A DNA stretch of 59,677 bases from Polyangia bacterium (GTDB lineage Bacteria; Myxococcota_A; Polyangia; JAAYKL01), in assembly GCA_050287845.1 (NCBI GenBank), contig JBNKCR010000033.1, forward strand, positions 1-59,677. The letters are read 5' to 3'. Numbering within the stretch: the first letter of the stretch is position 1; every line of letters begins with the position of its first letter. Positions 59,396 through 59,677 of the stretch are shown here, one piece after another. The notes beneath the pieces were generated by a model. It saw nothing but the letters and a program-made list of their open reading frames with translations, made no database searches and was not told the DNA's origin. The position numbers and the translations under genes were made by a program.

Positions 59396-59627
59396 CTTAT
59401 AATTCGGTTTTATTGCGCACGGCGTTGCCGCTCACCAAAAACCGACATACCATGTCATTGAAATTCAGTTGATACTATAAATGGTGAGATTCTTTTCCTA
59501 ACACACCCGATACAATAAGTCCATGAATAATCGTTCGGAGCTATTCGAGGTGTACCAATTTCGAAAACGAGACGATGCAACAATTCGGATACAGAATTAA
59601 GTTGGGCCAGTAATTTAGGGAAACAGA

Positions 59628-59675
59628 GCCGCTGTGGTGAGGAACGAGCGTAGCGAGTGTCTCGAACCGCGCGGC
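59628..59675. repeat. REP-like hairpin at the window edge
   Basis: GCCGC-TGTGGT-GAG..ACGAGCGTAGCGAGT..CTC-GAACCGC-GCGGC stem-loop; context truncated. Confidence 0.45.
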
Positions 59676-59677
59676 GG

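Noticed and set aside
1..59677. tRNA, rRNA, prophage or integrase
   Set aside because: No recognisable signatures; most of the sequence is accounted for by the listed CDSs.

Overview
A gene-dense (~52% GC by eye) accessory chromosomal region from a deltaproteobacterium, probably Myxococcota-like. This is inferred from the Asp-Thr-tethered lipoproteins, the eukaryote-type Ser/Thr kinase with an AgmX/PglI-like tail and the ECF/FecR-TPR pairs. In order: a REP/REPIN-like palindromic element; a membrane-anchored Hsp20; a Ser/Thr kinase; nrfH-nrfA-polyferredoxin, where NrfA has the CxxCH active-site variant; and an arsenic island (arsR-acr3, arsR-arsP-thioredoxin-DGC-arsF-arsG). Next is a glycan-utilisation block in which Asp-Thr-tethered GH28-like and GH127/146 lipoproteins flank two copies of a four-gene module (ECF sigma, FecR+TPR anti-sigma, small outer-membrane beta-barrel, lipoprotein beginning CGADxxVA). 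Then come PMM, GH31-CBM20, DUF2079, FIST, dnaK, ParA with a roadblock-like partner, rhodanese and a RAYT-like Y1 protein with a broken HUH motif. A tightly coupled operon follows: Cdc48/p97-type AAA+ ATPase, signal-vWA-TM-GrpE, divergent Hsp70 and an HPD-less J-like/TPR protein. The window ends with a hybrid kinase, ClC, radical SAM, hydrolase and a carbamoyltransferase-DUF5989-SxtJ-SGNH unit. The two best candidates for undescribed systems are the Cdc48/GrpE/Hsp70/J operon and the duplicated TonB-receptor-free ECF signalling module. All family calls come from motif recognition by eye; no searches were run.
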